A DNA stretch of 64,000 nucleotides from Neophaeotheca triangularis (lineage: Eukaryota): positions 186,001-250,000 of the forward strand of contig BAAIJX010000013.1 of the NCBI GenBank assembly GCA_054600435.1. Reading direction: 5' to 3'. Shown one piece after another: positions 22,527 to 33,133 of this stretch. Positions within the stretch are counted from its first letter, which is position 1; each line of letters opens with the position of its first letter. The position numbers were made by a program, and so were the translations under genes. The notes beneath the pieces were generated by a model. That model had not been told where the DNA came from. It worked only from the letters and a program-made list of their open reading frames with translations, and searched no databases.

Positions 22527-23456
22527 TCAATCACCAAGGTTAGGCACCGCCTTGTCAAGCCAAACCGCCAAATCCGCCAAAACCTCGCCATTCAACCCAT
22601 GACCCAAACCCTCATACTCCTTGACCTCCATGCTACTCTCATTCCACCCCAAAGCCCGCATATTCTCCAAAGTGCCCTCCCAAATCTTCTTGGGCACCAT
22701 CTTATCCCCCGTCCCCCTAGCCAAAAACACGGGCACATCGCCCACCACGGGCGGCAATCCTTGCTTCGCGCGCAGACTCTGAATTTCCCCCTGCAACGGC
22801 AAATAGCCCATCAAGCCGACAACCCCGCCAAGCATGCCGGCAAACTTCTTGGACGTCAAATCCGTCAACAGCGCCATGGCGCAGCCCTGGCTGAAACCCC
22901 CGAGCACAATCCTCTGCGGCGGGATCCCCTTGGCCACGCACGCTTCCAGCAAGCTCTCGACGTACTCGACGCCGGCCTTCATGCCCTCGGCATCTTCGGC
23001 CTCGACCATTTCCGGCCGGCCCAGGTTCAAGGGCCCGAAATCCGTCGGCGCGTACCAGGCTTGCTGGTCGCGGTCGTTGTCATAGTTGGCGTTGGGCAGG
23101 ATCCACGACATGTAGGAGAGCTTGCCCGAGGACTGGAATTGCGAGGCCACGCCTGTGAGCCCTTCGGCGCTGTCGCCTAGGCCATGGAGGAAGATGAAAG
23201 CCGCGCCGTGAGCGGGGTCCGAGGGCTGCGTTTGAGAGGGAATGTAGACTGCGTCTGCCCTGTTGGGGGTTTGGGGGAGGGTCATGCTTCTTGGTCGGCC
23301 GGCTGCGCCCATGATTGCTGGGGTTTGAGGGGATCTGAGGGGGAGCTTGGAAATGAGAGAGAGGGTGTTGGTGCTGGTATTGTATGGGATCGTGTTGCTG
23401 GTCTGGGGTGGTGGTGTCGTAGTAGGGATGGGAGAGGCAAACGTAGCGGTTGACAT
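22527..23456 (-). CDS. Acyl-protein thioesterase / phospholipase-carboxylesterase
   Basis: IFLHGLGDS, GGFSQG, GTGDKMVP, YEGLGH. Start uncertain because downstream ATGs are possible. Confidence 0.88.
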   Translation of the reverse strand: MSTATFASPIPTTTPPPQTSNTIPYNTSTNTLSLISKLPLRSPQTPAIMGAAGRPRSMTLPQTPNRADAVYIPSQTQPSDPAHGAAFIFLHGLGDSAEGLTGVASQFQSSGKLSYMSWILPNANYDNDRDQQAWYAPTDFGPLNLGRPEMVEAEDAEGMKAGVEYVESLLEACVAKGIPPQRIVLGGFSQGCAMALLTDLTSKKFAGMLGGVVGLMGYLPLQGEIQSLRAKQGLPPVVGDVPVFLARGTGDKMVPKKIWEGTLENMRALGWNESSMEVKEYEGLGHGLNGEVLADLAVWLDKAVPNLGD

Positions 23457-24156
23457 CGAGGAAACGAACGGGGGGAGCTCGAGTGACGAAATGAGGTAAA
23501 TATTGACTTTTCACGAAACCCCTTACCTTTCTGGAGCTCGGCCTTTGCTCGAATTTGTGACCCACGGGCAGGTGGGCAAAGTGACGCGGTGAAGCGGACT
23601 TTCAGCGGAGCTTCTCGGGTCATTTTAGAGGTTGTTGAGCTGCAAAACGCTGGTTCGAACGCTGGCCGAACGGTGGTAGACGGTAGATGGCCGTGATTCT
23701 TTCGCCTGAGGCGCCTCGGACGGACGGACAATACCGAAGACCCCAGATATGTAGGAGGCAGGAGGTACTAGGTACCCTTTTTCTGTAATAATAACAGTGA
23801 CAATTTTTGACTTGCAGTTGCCGAGGGAGAGAAACATTTGACAAAAATTTCTCGGGGCCGTCATCATCAGCATGTGATGTCGTGTGAAGCTCGCGCCTGG
23901 CTTGGCCTCGACAAGCTTCTCTCGTTATCCCGTCTTGTCCGAGTCGGCCTTTCTAGAAATGGAATTCATATCTATGTAGGTATAGATGTACCTTAGGGTT
24001 AGTAACACTTGCGAACCTCGTCCCTTCTACATCAGGCTAGCGCGGTAAACCGCCTATCGATACTACGCTCTAGACACCCATCAAAACACCCTACCCACCT
24101 CAATCTCCCCAAAACGCCACCACTAACCCCCCATCTCACAACCCTCGCATCCAAGT

Positions 24157-25038
24157 ATGGCCCTCCGCTTCCGCACCCCCAAAATCGAAGAGCTCCCCCA
24201 AACAACCTCCCGCCAAGCCCCAGGTTTCGCCTGGATCACGACGACGACGACGGGCGAAAGCCAAAGCACCGCCACAGCCAACAAAAAACGCGCCCGCAAC
24301 GCCACATCAGGCCAAACGGAACAAGCCCGCGAAGCACTCTCCGCCAAACAGCAACGCGAAATCGAGCGACGGATACGCGACCTCAACAGCGACAATGCGC
24401 GGGCCGGCGAAGTCACGGTGCCGAAAAGTGCTGGTGGGCAGGGTGGAGGAGGTGGTGGTGGTGGTGCGAGGCCGGGCAAGACGACGAATACGAAGAAGAT
24501 TCTGGCGAGTGGGAAGGGCTTTCAGCACCATGTTGATGACGAGGAGGCGGAGATTGCGTTGAGGGGGAGGGGAGGGGGAGCGGGTGGTGGTGGTGGTGGT
24601 GGTGGTGGGGAGGGAGCGGCGGAGAAGAAGAAGGAGCAGAGGGCGAGTAAGACGCCGTTGGCGAGGAGGAAGCCGGCGCAGTTGCTGCAGCGGCAGAGTA
24701 GTGCTGGGCGTGCGAGTCCGGCGCCGTTGGCCAAGGCGCCGGACGTGAGCAGTGTCCCGGTTATTGATCTGGAGGATGATGACGGGGGGGACGAAGCTCT
24801 TCCGCCTTTGCCGAGCCGGGCGGAGATGGATGCTTTGCTGAATGCGCCGCCGTTGACTTACAATGAGTCTCGTTCGGCCCCTCCACCTGCTGACGCACCG
24901 CCGCCGAGAACCTTTTGCGAGATTTGTAATTACTGGGGGAGGCTGCGGTGTCTACGGTGCGGAGCGAAGACGTGTGGAAGTGTGAGGTGTGGTGAGGTTC
25001 ATGATGCCGAAACTTGTGCTTACAAGCCTTATGCGTGA
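24157..25038 (+). CDS. VPS71: SWR1 complex subunit Vps71/Swc6 (HIT-type zinc finger)
   Basis: C-terminal PPRTFCEICNYWGRLRCLRCGAKTCGSVRC..H...C preceded by PPLTY. Confidence 0.8.
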   Translation: MALRFRTPKIEELPQTTSRQAPGFAWITTTTTGESQSTATANKKRARNATSGQTEQAREALSAKQQREIERRIRDLNSDNARAGEVTVPKSAGGQGGGGGGGGARPGKTTNTKKILASGKGFQHHVDDEEAEIALRGRGGGAGGGGGGGGGEGAAEKKKEQRASKTPLARRKPAQLLQRQSSAGRASPAPLAKAPDVSSVPVIDLEDDDGGDEALPPLPSRAEMDALLNAPPLTYNESRSAPPPADAPPPRTFCEICNYWGRLRCLRCGAKTCGSVRCGEVHDAETCAYKPYA

Positions 25039-25419
25039 GCGATTTGGAGGGTGGCGTTGGGAAGACTATGATACCCGGACTGCTTTGTTGATAGCGATTG
25101 AAAAGTTTGCCATATTCTCCAGAGTCCTGCTGTTGATGCAGTCATGTTAGGATCAAATGATGTTCGGTTCACCAGCTACCCGCGTGGGATTGCATTGATT
25201 TAGGAAACATCATCCAGAGCCACACATTCTGGCTATTACTTTCAGGAGGTCTCCAAGTCGATGCCCTAGCGGTGTGCTCGCGCCTATCTGGTATTGTCTT
25301 CAATCAGTTCCTTCGAGCCGCCACCAACACCGGAGGATCTTAAATCCATGAGATGATCGAAAAACATGCTCAGGAATCCTCAGTAGGTTATACATAGGTA
25401 CAGGTTTACAGCATGCATC

Positions 25420-27664
25420 TCACACATCAGCATCATCGTTCTCACCAAACTCCCTCGTACCCCTCCTCCTCACCCCCTGCCCATTAAGGCCAACCCCAAC
25501 CCCAGACCGGCTTTTACTACTACTCCTACGCATTCCCCCAATAATGCCACCAGCCTCACTAACGCTCTTACTACCCCTCCTCGCCCTCAAAGCATTAACG
25601 TAGCCGCCCGGCGTTCCTTCCCAAACATCTCCGCCTAGCACGTCGTCCACGTCGTCCATTTCTTCGAGAACGCTGTCAGGTGGCTCCATCTCGAAGACTG
25701 CTTGTAAGTCTCCGTGCGCGCCGAAACGCTCCCACATTGTCAGCCAGCTGTGCTTCCTTGGTGGGTTGACGAAGCGGTTGCGTTTCCAGAGGTAGCGGCG
25801 TTCGTAGAGTGAGATGAGGAGGAGGATGGGAGCGTTGAGCACGCGCACGGCGGTGACGTTGATTTTGTGGAACCAGCGGTCGTTAACCATGAATTTGAGG
25901 GGCATGAGGATGAGCAGGGCGAGGACGTTGAAAGGAGGCCGGTAGGCGAAGAGGGCGTCCGATTTGACGCCTTCGAATGTGAGGACAGCTCGGCGGAACT
26001 GTATCTCTGCTGTCGCGTTACGGGCCAAGTTGGTGTAAGTGTTAGATAGCATCGCGACAAGGATCGTCAGGAATAGCGTGTTGCCGAGGAAAGTGAAGGC
26101 GATCATGAGTACAGGTCCAAGGAACCAGTGTAGTTCGACGGAGCGACTCACGCCTGTGCCGTCCAATCCGAACCATATCCAGAGCATCCACTTGCTAATG
26201 GTGAGGGGGTCGTAGCTGTTGCTGCCGTCTTGGTTCTCACTAAGCCAAGCTAGCGCTAACAGGAAGCCACCGAAACACCAGGCTGCGAGGACCGTGAGGA
26301 AGACAAAGTCGCCCATCATCGCTCGTAGGGCTATGAACAGCATGTTCTCGGGCATCAAGCAAAAGGCGAGCCGTGGTAGCAAGACAGGAGCGCCCATACT
26401 AAGAATGTCGAGGGAGAGCTTTGCGAAACCTGGATCGCCAGATACTACGCCGTGCACGCGGACGCCAAAGTAGGTGAGGAAGATGACCACGAAGCCTAGG
26501 TCTAGAAACGACCAGAGGTTTTCGGTGTGTACTGTCCAGCCGTGTTCGAGTATGGAGGCAAATTCGTCCAGCGACCATCCCATGGCGTAGATGCTGAACA
26601 GAATCTCCCAAACGGTAGTACGCAGATGGCTCGGTCCTATTCGTTCTGCCTGGTTGGTCATGGTTGCAATATACAGCAAAAGCAGTATTACGAATTGTGT
26701 GCCTTCGATGATGTTCCTGGTCCGAGGTACGATCAAGCGGTATTGATTAAGCAAAGGAGCTTTTCTTGGATCGTACAACGAGATCCCGCGATTCTTATAA
26801 CGGTCTGGAAGCATATCGATGAAGGATGTGGGGGTGTAAGTGACACGGCCTCGATAGACGGCATCCACAATTTTCTGGCAGGCGGTTGTTGTGAGGAAGC
26901 TTTTCGCTTCAGACACGATGGCGACCTCGAGTGCAGTGAGCATTCTTTCATGGTGGGATTGCCACCAGCGCCCCTTCATGGTCCAATGGGTTGTCATCTT
27001 GTTATTCTGCAGCACTTCCGGAGGAGCATTTTGAAAGGGCTCGAAGCCAGCCACGAGGACGTTAGCGACGAGTAGCAACCCAGCGCGCCCTTCATGATCC
27101 TCATCAAAGCGTCGTAGTACTCGACTGGCAATTAGTTCGCAAGTCGCTGCTCTTGTGATGTTGACAGTCTGATGATGCGCCTGGTAGGATTGCTCACGCA
27201 GGAATTGGACCCGATTGACAAGCAGGCAGTAGATAATTGAGACGTCGTCAGGATCGTACATGTGGTCTACGAGTGGGCGAATAACTGCATGGTTCATGCG
27301 GGGACTCTTTAGCTGCTCGAGGCTGTACGGATCGTCTAACGCTAAGCGTTAGCGCCGCTTGCTCTCGAGCAGTGCAGAAGACACGAAGATTGCTGGCCAT
27401 ACCAATGCTGGCAATAATGAGCCGCCTGATTTTGTGAATCGTGGTGTATACGGGAAGCGAGCTATGTGGGTTTGGTACACGGACGGGGTCGCCAATGTTT
27501 CTGGGCGGGTAACAGCCATCATCGTCGGCTTGCTCCTCGTCGCCTAGTAGTGTTTCCTGCTCTTCGCGAGATCTGGCCAGCCTCAATGCCTCGCTCATGC
27601 TGCGTGATGATTCCCCTCTGAGTGTGTTGCGCTTGGGTAGTAACGGCCTCACAGGTTCTTCCAT
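25420..27664 (-). CDS. Yvc1-like fungal TRP cation channel
   Basis: LYDPRKAPLLNQYRLIVPR, multiple TMs, WIWFGLDGTG pore, NTLFLTILVAMLSN, PPFNVL. Intron 27336-27402. Confidence 0.88.
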
Positions 27665-28285
27665 AGTGATGTGTTGATTGTTTCGACCGGTGGAGTGATC
27701 GCTGGGCTGCCTGCTCGTTTCGAGCGCAGGGTGCAGCCTGTCAGGCAATGATCCGCCGTCCATCATTGATCGTGCTGTACTCTTACCGATCTAGTGATGC
27801 GTAGGTAGGTGGTGCGGGTGATGAAGGCCAGAGCTTGAAGGGTGACGGACTGAAGTCGCATTGGAGCCAAACGGCAAGTCTTGGCAGATTCCCGCACGGG
27901 CGGAGGCGAGCAGACTTCACCTTCGCCCGTCCCGTCGTCACCTCCTCCAGTCCGATTATGCAATAATGATGAACAATATTGATATGGCGACAGGCAAAAG
28001 TTCTCGTAACTTAGATTTGCACCAATTTGATCTGCACCAGAACGATTCAGCGCTGGGGGCCAGGATGTAGCGCTGATAATTGGCTGATCCCGGGCGTCAT
28101 TGGCATAACTCAATAATCATTATCATTACTGACGGAAAGGCAGCCCCTCTACAAGTGCTTGAGGGAGCGTGATCTGAATGTGTGGTGCAGTGAAACGCAT
28201 CAATAATAATAATATTTAGACAACTACTCAAGGTACCCCTCAGAGCTAACGATCCACGAGTCGTTGAGACACTAATTGAAGCGAT

Positions 28286-28313
28286 TATATTCAGTAAAAG
28301 CATCACGTGATGC
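28286..28313 (+). promoter_or_regulatory. TATA-like element and 14-bp palindrome upstream of the tRNA gene
   Basis: TATATT at 28286-28291, about 30 nt upstream of the mature tRNA 5' end; perfect palindrome GCATCACGTGATGC at 28300-28313. Confidence 0.45.
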
Positions 28314-28337
28314 AGTTAGCCAGGATGCCGGAGTGGT

Positions 28338-28397
28338 GTAAGCCTTACCCCTTCAGGTAACCAACTCTTGGACAAGGAGCTAATGTGTCTCCTCTAG
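28338..28397 (+). other. Spliceosomal-type (U2, GT-AG) intron in tRNA D-loop
   Basis: GTAAGC donor, GCTAAT branch (28379-28384), pyrimidine-rich CTCCTCTAG acceptor; 60 nt. Removal restores GAGTGGTTAA and the D stem. Confidence 0.85.
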
Positions 28398-28415
28398 TAA
28401 CGGGTCAGACTTGAA

Positions 28416-28443
28416 CGCTTCCCATTGTAGGGAATGCAGTGCC
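28416..28443 (+). other. Canonical tRNA intron at position 37/38
   Basis: 28 nt starting one base 3' of the anticodon; no GT-AG ends; internal hairpin TTCCC/GGGAA; G at -3 can form the anticodon-intron pair with C32. Confidence 0.85.
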
Positions 28444-28467
28444 ATCTGATGGCTTCGGCCGCGTAGG

Positions 28468-28527
28468 GTAAGAGACCATAGTTCCTCAACATGTTCAGAC
28501 CGTCAGAGTGGCTCACAATTATGTTAG
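28468..28527 (+). other. Spliceosomal-type (U2, GT-AG) intron between G53 and T54 of the tRNA
   Basis: GTAAGA donor, GCTCAC branch (28511-28516; the same variant is used in the mRNA intron 8482-8541), TTAG acceptor; 60 nt. Removal restores GGTTCGAATCC. Confidence 0.85.
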
Positions 28528-28561
28528 TTCGAATCCTGCTTCTGGCGCATAGGTCATATCC

Positions 28562-28566
28562 TTTTT
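28562..28566 (+). terminator. Putative Pol III terminator (T5)
   Basis: TTTTT 14 nt after the discriminator base; no run of four or more T inside the 229-nt gene. Confidence 0.6.
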
Positions 28567-29102
28567 GCTTTGTTTGCTATGCTGGTATACACACTAGCAT
28601 TTTCCTTTTTGCTGGATGTGCGCCCCTGTAACAACAGTATGGTCCTTTCGTCTCGTCTCATCTCGCCTCGTCCATGCTCGTCTCGACGAAAGCTCGGCCT
28701 GGTTCCGGCAAAGCTCCAGTTCGCAGTGATGGTCGGAAAGGCTCGGGATCTCGACGGTGGAAGGTCGAGCGAGCGCCTACCTGAGCTACTACCATACTTC
28801 CCTTATCTATCTAAAAGGTAGGTATGCTCGGTATGTACCTTATCTAAATTCTACGGAGGTAAGTTAGCACACGTAGCAGTCCCCACTTCTAGTAGAAAAC
28901 ATGACCTACGGCCGGGGATAGCAACTCAGCAAGCGTACCTGGCTATCTCAGTATTGCCACCCTATGCGGGCCCGGGCTGTATTCAATCAGATCCCGCCTC
29001 TTGATAAGTTAAGTGTGTGCGTGTGCTTGTCTTGACGAGCTTGTTTTGATCTGCTCCTTTCCGCCACTCTCATCACGCTCTGCCTCGAGCACGCATTCGA
29101 GA

Positions 29103-30886
29103 ATGTTGTCGACAAACGAAAAGTTCGCAGATGACTCGCCTCTAGAGGGTCGAGTCTTGGAAGACGGATACCCAAGCATCGACAAGGCCAAGGAGAAGAA
29201 ACTGGTCAGAAAGCTTGACATTCACATTATCCCAGTGGTAATGCTTTTATATTTGCTATCATTCTTGGACCGGTGAGTCTTTCATGCCTCCGCCGATATC
29301 GATCGGGTACTGACCTTTGCCCATAGCGTCAACATCGGTAAGCCTTGAAGTAAGCAACATGGCCCGCATCATTCTAACACGAACCAGGCAACGCCCGCTT
29401 GTACGGCTTGGAAGAAGACCTAGGCCTCAGCTCCAACCAATTCCAAACGGCAGTCTCTCTGCTCTTCGTTACATACCTCCTATTCGAGGTACCTTCGAAC
29501 TGGATACTCAAAGGCTATGTTCGACCGTCCCGCTGGATCGCCTTCATCACCGTTTCCTGGGGAATCATAGCCACCCTAACCGGTGTTGTACAAGACTACG
29601 CTGGCCTCATAGCATGCCGGCTCCTCCTAGGAATGGCCGAGAGCGGGTTATTTCCCGGCTGCGGTAAGGCTTCTTTTGACGACGAGAGTTCCATCTAGCT
29701 GACATTGAGTGCTACAGCTATTTATCTGACATTCTTCTACACCAAACGCGAGCTTGCTCTGCGAATCGGTTATCTTTTCGTTTCCGCTGCCTTGGCAGGA
29801 GCTTTCGGTGGTTTACTTGCTTACGGTATAGGAAACATGGACGGAATCGCTGATCTACGTGGCTGGCGCTGTATGTATGACGCGGCCGTGTCAATATTAC
29901 CTCTAGCTAACACCGATCCTAGGGATCATGATCATTGAAGGCATTCCTACAGCTATTCTCGGCGTTGCCTGCTGGTGGCTTCTTGCAGATGACCCAGAGA
30001 CAGCATACTATCTTAACGATGAAGAGAAGCAAATGATCATCGCACGTCGAAACGCTCAAATGGGACAAACCGACATCTTCGACTGGAAAGACGTCAAGAA
30101 GGGCTTGAAAGACTGGAAAATCTACGCTTTCTGCGCTGGGCAGTTTTGTGAGTGAGCCACCTATCACACAATACCTCAATACTGACGTGTCCCAGGCGTC
30201 GACACAATGCTCTACGGCTTCTCAACCTTCCTACCGACCATTATCCGCGCGATCCGACCTTCTGCCTCAGACGCCGAAGTCCAACTCCTTACCATCCCCT
30301 GTTACGCCCTAGGCGCCATCTCGTATATGTCATCCGCACGCTTCAGCGACTGGAAGCAGCTTCGCGGCCCCGTTGTGTGTGTCTTTTGCATCATCTCGGT
30401 CGTCGGCTACGCTCTCCTCATGTCAGACGTACCAAGTGGTGTGCATTACTTCGGCTGCTTTCTGGTGGCGATGGGGCTGTACGTGTCTGTAGGCATTCCG
30501 CTTGCTTGGCTGCCGAGTAATAATCCCAGGTATGGGAAGAGAACTACTGGTACTGGGCTGCAGTTGACCATTGGTAACTCGAGTGGTATTATGGCGAGTT
30601 TTGTAGGTTCTTGCACTTACTTAAATAATTCTACAGCTCGAAGCATAGCTGACCAGACACACAGCTGTATCCTGACAGCGAGGGTCCTCGATTCATTCGA
30701 GGCCACGCTGTCACCATGTCCCTGGTTGCCTTGGGATGCGTGATTTATGCTTTCATGTACTTTCACTTCGATCAGGAGAATAAGAAGCGAGAACGGGGCG
30801 ACCGAGATGAGAAGATGTCTGGACTTGATGAAGACGAAGTCCTGGCTTTGGGCGATGAAAATCCAAAGTATCGCTTTACCATATAA
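29103..30886 (+). CDS. MFS transporter, allantoate/nicotinate permease (ACS) family
   Basis: KLVRKLD..LSFLDR-VNIG-NARL, FEVPSN, RLLLGMAESGLFPG, ELALRIG, GWR..IIEG, GDENPKYRFTI; several introns. Confidence 0.92.
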
Positions 30887-31744
30887 TTGAGGTTGAATTG
30901 TCGTTCCCTTCCGAGCGTTCCTAGCTGCAGTCTGGGACGGGAAACGCCATGCTGGATCGCGAACGAGAAGATAAGGACAGACGGAACCAGTTCCTTGGCC
31001 CAGGCCTGCACTTGGACTCTATCATTACCTTCCTCTCCAACAGAGACGTCGACTTTCCGACAACGACCCACAAATTTTCAGCCAGTAAAGGGTGTTTTGG
31101 ATGCAGGGGTTGGCGAGGCCAGTCGAGTCGACGATACTCGTGATAGCAGGTCTGGCGACCTCAATTAGGCAAGGCACCCAGCTCGCGGCGAACGTCGACT
31201 TTTCCCCGATCACAGCGGGAATATTTGGAACAGCCTCGTGGGGATGAGCCATAATATGAGTCCCCAAACCCATGTCTGGAATCTCAGTCCGCCGAGAGAA
31301 CACTACTAGCAACCAACCATCTGAATCTGTACCTCCGAACCCCCGGCACCGAACAAGCGTCCGAGCACGACACGACGAGACGAGTATGTCTCTGGGGACA
31401 AGGGGGTCCTGCTGCTTGCTGAGCGGGCATTTTCCCGGGAGCAGGCTCAGATGGTGAGATTTCTAAGCCAGCGGTAGATGGCACCGAGAGGTGGGGTGGG
31501 GGGAAAGGGGAAATGCAGAGAGTTTTCATTCGCGAGCGTCTAGAATCGTAATGCCATGTAAAAGTCGTTTCCCATAACCGCATGCCGCAGAGCCAATTCC
31601 GGTACCACGCCGCCTGCGTTCCATTTCCATTTCCCATGCCTCCGAAGATGCAGCTGTAAAGTACCCAATCCAGCCACGCGCCCACGCAACCCAGCAAAAG
31701 AAAAAGACGCCACTACCCCTGCCTCGTCGGGAAGGAAAGGACAC

Positions 31745-33133
31745 TCAAAGCCCTCCCTCATCCTCACTCTCCCCCCAAGTCTCAACTTCATCCACAGCCC
31801 CGGGCCGCTCACTCCCAACCTCATACCCAGCCTCCTTCTCATGAAAATGCACGACTGCCTTCCCGGGCAAACCCTCCAGAACCGCCCTCCAACTTCTCAA
31901 ATCCTCCTCACTCCTCACCAAAAACCCCAAAAGCATGCTCGGGTCCAGATCTTGCACGCCCAACCTCCTAACCCTCCGCGTATGGCACGTTTTGACATCT
32001 TCGTCACTTACTTCAGCGGGGAGGGTGGGTTGTGTCGTGTGCGGGTCAAGGTAGAAGAGGTGATCACCCTGGTGGCCTAGGAAGTAGTGGGAGCTGCTTG
32101 GGCGGCCACCGGCGATTCCTACGGATTGCGGGAGTTCGAGGAGGGTTTTGAGCGTGGAGTGGTATACGGGGGTAATGCGGTCGATGCCCAGACGCACGCC
32201 GAGGAGGATTAGTGTTGGTTTGAATGGGGTGGTGTGGGTGGTTGTGGCGGTTGAGAGGAGCGTGGAGGTGTAGACGTCGCTGTCGTTGGGCCGAACGTAG
32301 ACGTTTAGCCCAGCTTCGGGGTGAAGGGCGGTGAGGGCTCTGTTGGGGGAGGTGTGTTAGTTGGGTCGGGGTTGAAGTTGGAGTGCGAGGGAGGGGTGGT
32401 CGTACTCAATGCACCTAGCCGCTGCGCTTGGTCCGAACCATTCTCCTGGGTGTTTGCCGCATGCTTTTGCGCCATGCTCGACGAACTTTTGGATGGAAAA
32501 GGGTGCTTCTGGGACGTCGGCGAAGAGAGATAGAATCTCTTTGTGAGTGTCCATGTCTTGCCCCAATCTCCAATCACGGCCCAGCCTCAGTATTGACAAG
32601 GTGTTTGCGAGCATAGCTTGTCCACTTCTGATCATGCAGCCCCAGTTTGTGTCGTTTTTGAAGCCGTTTTGGTTGCTAAAATTACGCATTCGGGTTGAAA
32701 AAGACATGGCGGCTGTGGCGGCGGGGTCTTGAGACATAGGGATAGCGTGGAAGTTGGATCGATAGGTGAGCCACGTCCTAGACTCGAGATCGTCGAGGAA
32801 CTCCAGGGGCCAACCCAGGAGCTCAGCCTCGTCCGCTGTGACTTCGGTCTGCGTTTCGCTCGACGATCCATCTTCCAATTTGGCCACGTTCTTGTCCGTG
32901 CGATGAGACGCTTCCGGGGCGAATGCTGAGTCGGCTTTGGAGATGTCAGAGGCGGCCGAGTCTGACTGGGTAGGGGAGGTGCCGGTGGATTTTGAAATGT
33001 CACGAGGTTGGTATTTGGAGTCGTAAGAACGTCCCAAACACCAGATCTCAGAGGCGTCTTCGTTCCTTGGAGGAGGATCCCAGAGATATTGGACGACCCT
33101 GCGACTGAAGCGGCTAATCTCGTTGGCGGCCAT
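31745..33133 (-). CDS. ATG4: Autophagy cysteine protease Atg4
   Basis: [17 protein letters not shown] (catalytic Cys), [30 protein letters not shown]. Intron 32340-32405. Confidence 0.95.

Larger units (their letters stand above)
28319..28547 (+). tRNA. tRNA-Ser (anticodon UGA) in four exons: 28319-28337, 28398-28415, 28444-28467, 28528-28547
   Basis: Joined exons give 81 nt: GCCAGGATGCCGGAGTGGTTAACGGGTCAGACTTGAAATCTGATGGCTTCGGCCGCGTAGGTTCGAATCCTGCTTCTGGCG. Acceptor stem GCCAGGA/TTCTGGC, D stem CCG/CGG, anticodon stem TCAGA/TCTGA with loop CT-TGA-AA, long variable arm GGC-TTCG-GCC, T arm GTAGG-TTCGAAT-CCTGC, discriminator G73. Confidence 0.9.

Noticed and set aside
23650..23662. Other GTTCGA words (also near 58150)
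   Set aside because: No flanking T-stem or acceptor stem, so these are not tRNAs.
28410..28415. Selenocysteine or suppressor reading of the tRNA because of TGA
   Set aside because: TGA is the anticodon itself (positions 34-36) and reads the Ser codon UCA. Sec would need a UCA anticodon and different stem lengths.
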